From Candidatus Coatesbacteria bacterium (GTDB taxonomy: Bacteria; RBG-13-66-14; B26-G2; WVWN01): 54,709 nt of DNA. Within the stretch, counting starts at the first letter, position 1. The number at the start of each line of letters is the position of its first letter. The notes under the pieces are model-generated. The model worked only from the letters and a program-made list of their open reading frames with translations, did not search any database and was not told the origin of the DNA. Shown here piece after piece: positions 1-6,924 of this stretch. The translations under genes were made by a program, and so were the position numbers. The DNA lies in contig CP070633.1 of NCBI GenBank assembly GCA_020356085.1, forward strand, positions 1,336,863-1,391,571. The letters are read 5' to 3'.

Positions 1-957
1 GCCATTCGCGAGGTCGTCGCCCGCGCCCACCGCTACACGCCGGTGGTCGAGATAACCTCCATCGACGAGCTGGCCCTCGACGTCACGACGACGTTCCCGC
101 GCTGGGGGACGCCGCGCGACTGCGCCGCCGCCTTCGCCGGCGAGGTCCGGGAGGAGCTGGGGCTGCCGTGCTCGCTGGGCGTGGCGCCCAACAAGATGCT
201 CGCCAAGCTGGCCGCCGGCCTGGAGAAGCCCAACGGCCTGACGGTCCTGCGCCCCTCCCAGCTGGAGGCTTTCCTGGAGGAACTGCCGACCACGGAGCTG
301 CCGGGCATCGGCGACAAGATGGGCGAGCATCTGCGGCGGCTGGGCGCGCGGACCTGCGGCGAGCTCGGCCGGCTGTCGCTCTCGCGCCTCAAGTCGCGCT
401 TCGGCGTCATCGGCGAAGTATTACAAAACATGGGCCGGGGAATCGACCGCCGGCCGCTCACGACCCACTACGACTACGAGGAGGCCAAGTCGGTCGGCAA
501 CACCATCACGCTCAACCGCGACCTCTACGACGCCGCGGAGCTGCGGCGGACGTTCCTGTGGCTGAGCGAGCGGGTGGGGCGGCGGCTGCGGGGGCAGGGG
601 TACTGCGGCCGCTGCCTCCACGCGGTGGCGCGCTACCCCGACTTCTACACCGTCGGCAAGTCCCACCGGCTGCGGCGGTACGTCGACGAGGGGCGGGACA
701 TCTTCGAGGCGGCGTGGCCGCTGCTCCCTCCCGACATGGGCGAGCGCGGCGTGCGGATGCTGGGGGTCTCGGTCTCCATGCTGCTGTACCACTGCAAGCC
801 GGCCAGCCTCTTCGAGATCCGGCGGGACCGCCTCACCTCCACCATCGACCGGTTGAACCGGAAGTACGGCCGGGAGGCGCTGAGGCGGGCGGAGCTGCTG
901 CCGGGCCTCCCCGGCGGCTACTCGGAGACCGTCCAGGCGGGTTGGCACCCGGGGTAA
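1..957 (+). CDS. dinB: DNA polymerase IV (Y-family, DinB), C-terminal part; 5' end lies outside the window
   Basis: Frame 1 is open from base 1 (AIREVVARAHRYTPVVEITSIDE...) to TAA at 955-957. DinB-like motifs are present: SLGVAPNKMLAKLA, ELPGIGDK (HhH), KSVGNTITL. The ORF-track start at 43 is internal. Confidence 0.85.
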   Translation, partial: AIREVVARAHRYTPVVEITSIDELALDVTTTFPRWGTPRDCAAAFAGEVREELGLPCSLGVAPNKMLAKLAAGLEKPNGLTVLRPSQLEAFLEELPTTELPGIGDKMGEHLRRLGARTCGELGRLSLSRLKSRFGVIGEVLQNMGRGIDRRPLTTHYDYEEAKSVGNTITLNRDLYDAAELRRTFLWLSERVGRRLRGQGYCGRCLHAVARYPDFYTVGKSHRLRRYVDEGRDIFEAAWPLLPPDMGERGVRMLGVSVSMLLYHCKPASLFEIRRDRLTSTIDRLNRKYGREALRRAELLPGLPGGYSETVQAGWHPG

Positions 958-970
958 ACCGTTCGGCTAT

Positions 971-1000
971 AAAAAAGCCGGGCCCCGCGGCCCGGCTTTT
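971..1000. terminator. Bidirectional intrinsic terminator between dinB (+) and the first small secreted-protein gene (-)
   Basis: A6 run, 8-bp GC stem GCCGGGCC (977-984) / GGCCCGGC (989-996) with a 4-nt loop, then a T4 run. Confidence 0.6.
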
Positions 1001-1022
1001 CCTTTCCTTATCGGATTTCGGC

Positions 1023-1589
1023 TCAGTAGTATAGCGCTTTCACGCGGCCCAGCGAGGTGGGCTCGACGGCCGTCTCGCACTCGCGAACGTGGAGGTTGTC
1101 CACGTACAGCCACACCGTTGCGATCGTCGACGCCGCGCCGGTGACCTTAAACTCTAGATTATAGTTGTCCCCCCTCCGGTACGGCCCGAGCGTTACTTTG
1201 AGCTTGGTCCAACTCCACGGCGCCGTCAATTCTGTTTTCCAGAGTTCGTTCGTTCCTCGCCGGAGCGTTACGGTACGCTTCCCTTCGCCGTCGCCCTGGA
1301 GGCCCGCTATGTAATGCAGCCGCAGCGTGATCTGCCCGGAGGTTTTTAGAGCGAAGTTGCGCGTAACGAGGCTGGCCCACGAGGTCCCCCGCTCCACGAC
1401 CAGGTTGCCGCGCGCGTAGTGGTTATTGGTGCCGGCGCCCCGCGTCCAGGCTGTCTCTTTCCCTTCCGTATGCCACCCCGGCGGCGGGAAATCGGCACGT
1501 TCGAAGTCTTCCCACAGGCGGGGCTCGACCCCCCGGACGCCGGCCGCCACCCCGAGCGTCGCCAACGCCAACGTTAGTACCTTCCTCAT
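1023..1589 (-). CDS. Small secreted protein, choice-of-anchor-J / cleaved-adhesin-like N-terminal motif, with family C-terminal tail VEPTSLGRVKALYY
   Basis: ATG at 1589 preceded by AAGGAGGGG. Signal peptide MRKVLTLALATLGVAAGVRG. Motif LWEDFERADFPPPGW. C-terminal tail shared with the two upstream genes. Confidence 0.7.
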   Translation of the reverse strand: MRKVLTLALATLGVAAGVRGVEPRLWEDFERADFPPPGWHTEGKETAWTRGAGTNNHYARGNLVVERGTSWASLVTRNFALKTSGQITLRLHYIAGLQGDGEGKRTVTLRRGTNELWKTELTAPWSWTKLKVTLGPYRRGDNYNLEFKVTGAASTIATVWLYVDNLHVRECETAVEPTSLGRVKALYY

Positions 1590-1686
1590 TGTGCACCCCT
1601 CCTTAGATATTTAAATCGACCGGCTTTCTGTAACGTGATTACCCGGTCCCGCGGCCCGGCTTTTTTATACGCGCAATAATCTCGGC

Positions 1687-2319
1687 TCAGCGATACAGCG
1701 TCCGCACCCGCCCCAGCGACGTCGGCTCGACGCCGCTGTCGTCGTACGTGAGGCGGAAGCGGCAAATCACCGTGAAGAGCTGGCCGGACTCGCCGCCGTA
1801 CTGTTTGGTAATCCAGCCCCAGTTCTTCCCGGCGTTCCAGCCCCAGGTGTCGCAGGCCGTCTCCACCGTGCCGTTGTTCCAGCGCGGCTCGATCAGGAGG
1901 TTGTCGCTGTTATTATAGTTGAAGGGGGTCGTGAGGTCGAAGCCGAACCACTCGTCCGGTCGGCCGGTGAGGAGGAGCGGGTTGGCGGAATGCACCAGTA
2001 CCGGCGTGTTGCCGCCGTAGTTCGTATTCAAGTTGGTCGTAAGCTCGGCAACCGAGGTGTGGCAGAACCGTAATTCGAACTGGCGGAAGGGAGCGTTGGC
2101 GAAAGTGCCGGCCGCCTGCCATTCGAGCTTGGTAATCGGCGCCTCGAAGTTTAGGCCGCTCTGCGGTACCAAGAACTGGTACCGATAGGAAATCCCTCAG
2201 GTCCCGCAGAACGGGAGTTTGACGGGTTGCTCCTTGGAGCCGGTCTCGACCTGGCCTGCGAACGCCGCGGCCGCCACCACTAGGCCGAGCGCCGTAACGA
2301 TCGCAAACGTCCTAAGCAT
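1687..2319 (-). CDS. Small secreted protein with family tail GVEPTSLGRVRTLYR, interrupted by an in-frame TGA at 2197-2199 (candidate selenocysteine codon, or a pseudogene)
   Basis: SD GGGAGG (2327-2332) lies 7 nt from ATG 2319. Forty codons give a signal peptide (MLRTFAIVTALGLVVAAAAFAGQVE...LPFCGT), then TGA, which is in frame (120 nt from the ATG) with the 161-codon ORF 1687..2172 from the track. Confidence 0.5.
2164..2184 (-). other. Perfect hairpin 12 nt 3' of the in-frame UGA (SECIS-like candidate)
   Basis: mRNA sense reads CGGUACCA-GUUCU-UGGUACCG: an 8-bp stem and a 5-nt loop starting with GU. It sits inside the coding sequence. Confidence 0.3.
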
Positions 2320-2346
2320 CTTCGTGCCTCCCGGAAGGTTACGCCG

Positions 2347-2940
2347 CTAGCGGTATAGCGCTTTAACGCGGCCAAGCGAGGTCGGCCCGACGGCGGGGAA
2401 ACGCCGCTCGACAACAACGACGTCGACGCTGGCGTTGATAAGGCCGCCCGGGCCGCTAGGGTTGGAGGAGGTCTTGAGTACCCACGCGAAGTAATAATCG
2501 TCGCGCGTGGCGGGTACCTCCGCCGTGGGGCCTCGGTAAGTTACCCAGGAGGCGTACGGCGGCAGAGCGGCCTCCCAGCAGGTGAGGTTCGGCGCATAGA
2601 GACCTACTATACGCGAGTAGTTTATCGGCGCGCCGCTCGTTACGCCTTTGTAGCGGAACGTAATAAATAATTGTTGACCCGATTCCAGGGAAAAGGTCTT
2701 ACTTCTTAGTTCCGACTCCGAGGAGGTGCCGTAGGCGGCGAAAGCGAAGCCGTAGGCGAAATGGTTCAATCCCTCGGTCTCGCGCGTCCAATCCCAAGCG
2801 CCCGTGCCAAGTTTTTGCCACCCGGGAGGCGGGAACGCCGTGCCCTCGAACCTCTCCTCCCACAGTTTCTCGCCGGAGGCTCCGGCTAAGAGGGGGAGGA
2901 GTACGGCCGCGGCCGTCGCGGTTAAGCTAAAACGTTTCAC
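2347..2940 (-). CDS. Small secreted protein, choice-of-anchor-J-like N-terminal motif, family tail VGPTSLGRVKALYR
   Basis: GTG at 2940 preceded by AAAGGAGG. Signal peptide MKRFSLTATAAAVLLPLLAGASG. Motif LWEERFEGTAFPPPGW. Conserved tail. Confidence 0.7.
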   Translation of the reverse strand: MKRFSLTATAAAVLLPLLAGASGEKLWEERFEGTAFPPPGWQKLGTGAWDWTRETEGLNHFAYGFAFAAYGTSSESELRSKTFSLESGQQLFITFRYKGVTSGAPINYSRIVGLYAPNLTCWEAALPPYASWVTYRGPTAEVPATRDDYYFAWVLKTSSNPSGPGGLINASVDVVVVERRFPAVGPTSLGRVKALYR

Positions 2941-2963
2941 GGTATCGCCTCCTTTCGTAATTT

Positions 2964-2991
2964 ATTATAACACCCCACGGCGTTTTGTCAA
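2964..2991 (-). promoter_or_regulatory. Near-consensus sigma70-type promoter for the small secreted-protein genes
   Basis: Minus strand reads TTGACA (2991-2986), a 16-nt spacer, then TATAAT (2969-2964). It is followed by AAAGGAGG and the GTG start at 2940. Confidence 0.6.
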
Positions 2992-3015
2992 ACAGTACAT
3001 GACCCTAAACCTAGG

Positions 3016-4278
3016 TTATTTTATGTGCCTGAGCTTTCGAAACCGCCACGCCACGAGCCCGGCCCAGAGCAGCGAGCCCGAGGCGCCTATAAAGAGTGCT
3101 GCCTGGGCGTCGACGTAGCGCGCGACGTATCCCGCCTGCAGCGCGCCGAGGCGCATCGCGCCCATGAAGACCAGGAAATATATGCTCATGATGCGGCCGC
3201 GCAGCCAGTCCGGTACGTTGAGCTGGATTAGCGTGTTGGCCAGCGAGTTCTGCATAACGAAGCAGAATCCCGAGGCCGCCATAATGGCCGCCGCCAGCCA
3301 GAACGTGCGTACGAACGTGAACGATAGGACGACGAGCGCGAACGCGACGTTAGCCAGCGTTAATAACAACCCGCGCGGGCTCCGGCGTCCGAGGCTGGCG
3401 ACCGTCAACGCGCCGACGAGCGCGCCCCCGCCGATGAAAGTCATCAAGTACCCGTAGACGTCGGCGTCGCCGCCGAACACCTCTTTGGTGAACACGGGCA
3501 AAAGAATCGCGTAGGGCATGACGAAGAACGCCGAGACGCCGACGAGCGAGATGATTACCCAAACGAGCGGATTGCGACCCGCGTAGCGGAAGCCGCGCGC
3601 GATCTGGCGGTGGGGCGGGCTTTTCGGTTCGCGCCGGACCGAAGAAGTCCGCATAAGGAGTAACGCGCCTATTACCGGCAAGAAAGTCGCGGCGTTGACC
3701 GTGAACGCCAACCCCTCCCCTACGGTAACGACCAGCAGGCCGGCGACGGCCGGCCCCGCCGTCCGCGCCACGTTGAATATGGTCGAATTGAGGGCAATCG
3801 CATTCGTCAGGTCTTCCTTGCCGACCAACTCCACGACGAAAGATTGCCGCGCCGGGACGTCCAGGGCATGGGCGCTCCCCATAATAAACGCCAGAAGGAT
3901 GACGTGCCATACTTGTACGAGGTCGGTGAGCGTGAGTACCGCCAGGACCGCGGCCTGGACAAACATCGTCGCCTGCGCGAGGAGGACGAGGCGGCGTTTG
4001 TCGAAGCGGTCGGCGAGCGAGCCCGCCCACAAACCTATCGGCAGCGCGGGGACGACCGCCACGAAGTTGACGATCCCCAGCATAGCCGCCGAACCCGTCA
4101 GGCGGTAGACGAGCCAGTTTTGCGCGACGAGTTGGACCCACGTTCCGGAGAGCGAGACCATCTGGCCGAACCACCACAGCCGGTAATCGCGGTGGCGGAG
4201 CGCCCGGAAAGTGCGCGGCAGCGGGACGCGCCTGCGGAGTTGTTCCTGTAGACGGTTGTTAGTGTTTTCGGAGGCCAC
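3016..4278 (-). CDS. MFS transporter (MFS_3 / EntS-like family)
   Basis: FRALRHRDYRLWWFGQMVSLSGTWVQLVAQNWLVYRLTGSA is typical of this family. About 12 predicted hydrophobic helices. Confidence 0.8.
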   Translation of the reverse strand: MASENTNNRLQEQLRRRVPLPRTFRALRHRDYRLWWFGQMVSLSGTWVQLVAQNWLVYRLTGSAAMLGIVNFVAVVPALPIGLWAGSLADRFDKRRLVLLAQATMFVQAAVLAVLTLTDLVQVWHVILLAFIMGSAHALDVPARQSFVVELVGKEDLTNAIALNSTIFNVARTAGPAVAGLLVVTVGEGLAFTVNAATFLPVIGALLLMRTSSVRREPKSPPHRQIARGFRYAGRNPLVWVIISLVGVSAFFVMPYAILLPVFTKEVFGGDADVYGYLMTFIGGGALVGALTVASLGRRSPRGLLLTLANVAFALVVLSFTFVRTFWLAAAIMAASGFCFVMQNSLANTLIQLNVPDWLRGRIMSIYFLVFMGAMRLGALQAGYVARYVDAQAALFIGASGSLLWAGLVAWRFRKLRHIK

Positions 4279-4280
4279 GG

Positions 4281-5444
4281 TTAATCGTTACCCGGCGTAG
4301 GGGTTTTGCGGAGGAAACCGTAAATTAAGATTCCCGCCGCGGCGAGGGCCGCGGTGGCCGCGCCGAACGTGAACGTGCCGGCGCCTTGCCACCGATCCCA
4401 GATCAAGCCCGCGACGACGGACCCCGGCAATACGGCCAGGCCGCTGGCCATATGGAGCAGGCCGAGAGCTGCCCCCCTTCTCTCGGCGGGAACCGCGTTA
4501 GCGACGAACGCCGGCGGCAGCGCCATGAACGCCTGGTAATAGAGGGCGTAGAGGGCGAACAGCGGCCAAACCGTCCACGGCGCGGGGAGGCGTCCCGCGA
4601 CGACGAGCACGGCGGCTTGGAAAAAATAGGCCGCCGCGAGGACCGGCAAAATCCGGAGGCGGTCGGCGAGCCACCCGATCGGGACTGGCCAGATGACCTG
4701 CGCCACCGTGAAGGTCAAATATACCAGCGGGATCGTCGTCAGCGGTAGGCCCAGTTCGTTCGCGCGGAGGATATAAAACGCGTACGATAGCATCCCGAAG
4801 GAGTAGACGGTGTGGCACACGAGGAACGGCCACCACGGCTTGACCGCCGCCCGGTCGAATATCCTGGGCGGCGCCTCGCGCGGCGTGCGTTTCGGCTGCC
4901 GGACTAATAGGATTATTACGAGGGCGACGGCCACGCCGGGGACGATCGTCCACTTGAATATCCCCCGCGTCGTTAAGTCGGTGTAGTGCAGGAGGGCGTA
5001 CAGGACCAACACGCCCGCGACGGCGCCGGCGGAGTCGAGCGCGCGGTGCAGGCCGAAGGCGCGGCCGCGCTGCCGTTCCGTAACGTACCCGGCCAGCAGG
5101 GCGTCGCGGGGCGAACGCCGTACGCCTTTGCCGACGCGGTCGGATACGCGCAGCGCCAGGACGGCGGGGCCGCCGTAGGCGAACGCCATCAACGGCTTGC
5201 TGAGGACCGATAGGCCGTACCCGGCCAGCATCAGCCACTTGTGCCGGCCCGCGCGGTCGGCGACGTATCCGGAAAGGTACTTTAACGTCGCCGCCACGGC
5301 GTCGGCCGCGCCCTCCACCAGGCCCAAGAAAACGGCGGAGAGGCCCAGCTCTTGCGTTATGAACAGGGGGAGGAGGGGGAATATTATTTCCGATTGCAGG
5401 TCGGCGAAGAACGAAACGAGGCCGAGCGCGAGTACGTTAAGCAT
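4281..5444 (-). CDS. MFS transporter
   Basis: Hydrophobic 387-aa protein with the MFS-like motif GYVADRAGRHKWL between TM2 and TM3. Separated by 2 nt from the downstream MFS gene. Confidence 0.75.
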   Translation of the reverse strand: MLNVLALGLVSFFADLQSEIIFPLLPLFITQELGLSAVFLGLVEGAADAVAATLKYLSGYVADRAGRHKWLMLAGYGLSVLSKPLMAFAYGGPAVLALRVSDRVGKGVRRSPRDALLAGYVTERQRGRAFGLHRALDSAGAVAGVLVLYALLHYTDLTTRGIFKWTIVPGVAVALVIILLVRQPKRTPREAPPRIFDRAAVKPWWPFLVCHTVYSFGMLSYAFYILRANELGLPLTTIPLVYLTFTVAQVIWPVPIGWLADRLRILPVLAAAYFFQAAVLVVAGRLPAPWTVWPLFALYALYYQAFMALPPAFVANAVPAERRGAALGLLHMASGLAVLPGSVVAGLIWDRWQGAGTFTFGAATAALAAAGILIYGFLRKTPTPGND

Positions 5445-5493
5445 ATCCTCCCATATTACTCGAACCGGGCGGTCGCCGCAAGGGCATTATTCC

Positions 5494-5522
5494 TTGCGGG
5501 TCGGCGGGAGCGCATTTATAAT
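5494..5522 (+). promoter_or_regulatory. Promoter-like element giving a very short leader for the polyferredoxin gene
   Basis: TTGCGG (5494-5499), 17-nt spacer, TATAAT (5517-5522). Only 11 nt separate it from ATG 5534 and there is no SD in between. Confidence 0.4.
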
Positions 5523-5533
5523 GTTCGCTAGCG

Positions 5534-6853
5534 ATGGAGGCGAACCCCGCTCGGACCCGGCGGAGGTGGCTTCGCCGGTTGATATTTATCGCGGTCGTTG
5601 GTGCGACGTTGACGGCCTCCCATTTCTGGGGCCGGCACGTCGACCCGCCACCCCGTTGGCTCGACGCCGACCGCGTCGCGGTACTGACCGGCGCCTCCGA
5701 ACTCCCGGAGCAGGTGGGCGGCAACGCCGGGTATTGGCGGATTAAACGGGGCGAGGAGACGCTGTACGCCGCGGAGAGCGCGGCGCTCGCCGCCGACGTC
5801 CAAGGGTACGGCGGCCCGTTCGACCTCTTGATCGTCGTCGACGAGGCCGGCGATTTCGACCGCCTCCTTATGGTCCGGCACAACGAGACGCCCTCGTACG
5901 TGACGGGCGCGCCGGCGTTTTTGGCCTCGTTCGTCGGCCTGTCCCCGACGGCCCCGCTCGAACCCGGTACGGACGTCGACGCCCTCACCCGCGCGACCGT
6001 GACGAGCGAGGCGTTTGCCGCTGCCGCCCGCCTTACGGGCCGTAAGATCCTCCGCGCGGCGCTGGGCCGGGAGGTAGAGCTGGAGGAGGAGCGCGAGCCG
6101 TGGGATTGGCCGTGGGCCGCCGTCGCGGCCGCGTTTTTCGGCGTCGCGGTATGGGCCCGGCGGCGGCCGCCGGAGGTGCTCCGGATCGTCGTGGCCGCGG
6201 CGGCCGTGGGGGTACTGGGCTTCTGGGCGGGGCGGTTTCTCTCGATTGGCGACGTCGGCCGCCTCGTGATGGCGAAATTCCCGCCCTTCGGCCCGCGGCT
6301 GTCGCTGTACGTACTCTTCGGCGGCGCGACGGTTATTGCCTTGGTTTTCGGAAACGTTTATTGCGGGTGGGTGTGCCCGTTCGGCGCCGTAGCCGAATTG
6401 CTGCATAAGGTACCGTTCCGCAAATTAACCGTCGCGCCGGCGTTCGCCCGCAAACTCAGTAACTTACGGTTTATCCTGTTAGCGGTCGTCGTCGCGGCGA
6501 TGGTCGCGAGGTGGGACTTGGGCGCCGCCTCCTACGAGCCGTTCGATGACCTCTTTGCGTACGCCGCCGCCGGGTTGTCGCTGCTTTTCCTCGTCGCGGT
6601 CTTGGCGGTCTCGGCGTTTCATTACCGCTTCTTCTGCCGGTACCTGTGCGCGGTGGGGGCTTTGTGGGGGGAGGTCGCGGCGGTAGGGCGGCAGCCGCGG
6701 CTGCCGCCGTGCGAGGATTGTCGCGAGTGCGCGCAGGTGTGTCCCACCGGGGCCGTCGTCGAGAACCGGGAGGTAGTGGACCGGGCGTTGTGTATCGAAT
6801 GCGGCCGCTGCGGCCGAGTGTGTGAGGCGGAGCGGAAGCGCCTCGCGGCGTGA
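5534..6853 (+). CDS. NosR/NapH-like membrane polyferredoxin with an N-terminal FMN-binding domain
   Basis: FMN_bind-like segment (VQGYGGPFDLLIVVD...RHNETPSY). CGWVCPFG and CRYLCAVG membrane Cys motifs. Two ferredoxin-type clusters: CEDCRECAQVCP and CIECGRCGRVCE. Confidence 0.75.
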   Translation: MEANPARTRRRWLRRLIFIAVVGATLTASHFWGRHVDPPPRWLDADRVAVLTGASELPEQVGGNAGYWRIKRGEETLYAAESAALAADVQGYGGPFDLLIVVDEAGDFDRLLMVRHNETPSYVTGAPAFLASFVGLSPTAPLEPGTDVDALTRATVTSEAFAAAARLTGRKILRAALGREVELEEEREPWDWPWAAVAAAFFGVAVWARRRPPEVLRIVVAAAAVGVLGFWAGRFLSIGDVGRLVMAKFPPFGPRLSLYVLFGGATVIALVFGNVYCGWVCPFGAVAELLHKVPFRKLTVAPAFARKLSNLRFILLAVVVAAMVARWDLGAASYEPFDDLFAYAAAGLSLLFLVAVLAVSAFHYRFFCRYLCAVGALWGEVAAVGRQPRLPPCEDCRECAQVCPTGAVVENREVVDRALCIECGRCGRVCEAERKRLAA

Positions 6854-6874
6854 CCGGGGCGCCGGATTTTTAAG

Positions 6875-6903
6875 TTGGTAGCGCGGGCGCGCTATGGTAT
6901 AAA
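6875..6903 (+). promoter_or_regulatory. Promoter-like element upstream of the AsmA-like gene
   Basis: TTGGTA (6875-6880), 17-nt spacer, TATAAA (6898-6903), 21 nt before ATG 6925. Confidence 0.3.
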
Positions 6904-6924
6904 AGGCCGTTTTTTGGCGGCATT

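Noticed and set aside
1641-1667. A second copy of the 17-mer CCCGCGGCCCGGCTTTT (984-1000 and 1648-1664), forming an imperfect plus-oriented terminator-like hairpin between two minus-strand genes
   Set aside because: It is short and GC-rich, with one mismatch in the stem. It has a T-run only on the strand where no gene needs terminating. It is probably a decayed copy of the dinB-side terminator or a chance similarity. Two copies are not enough to call a repeat family.
2197-2199. Genome-wide reassignment of TGA (as in some candidate phyla) as the explanation for the in-frame TGA
   Set aside because: TGA terminates several well-supported genes at the expected protein ends: the polyferredoxin at 6851-6853, ftsE at 10284-10286 and the aldehyde dehydrogenase at 22003-22005. 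Known TGA-recoding lineages are also AT-rich.
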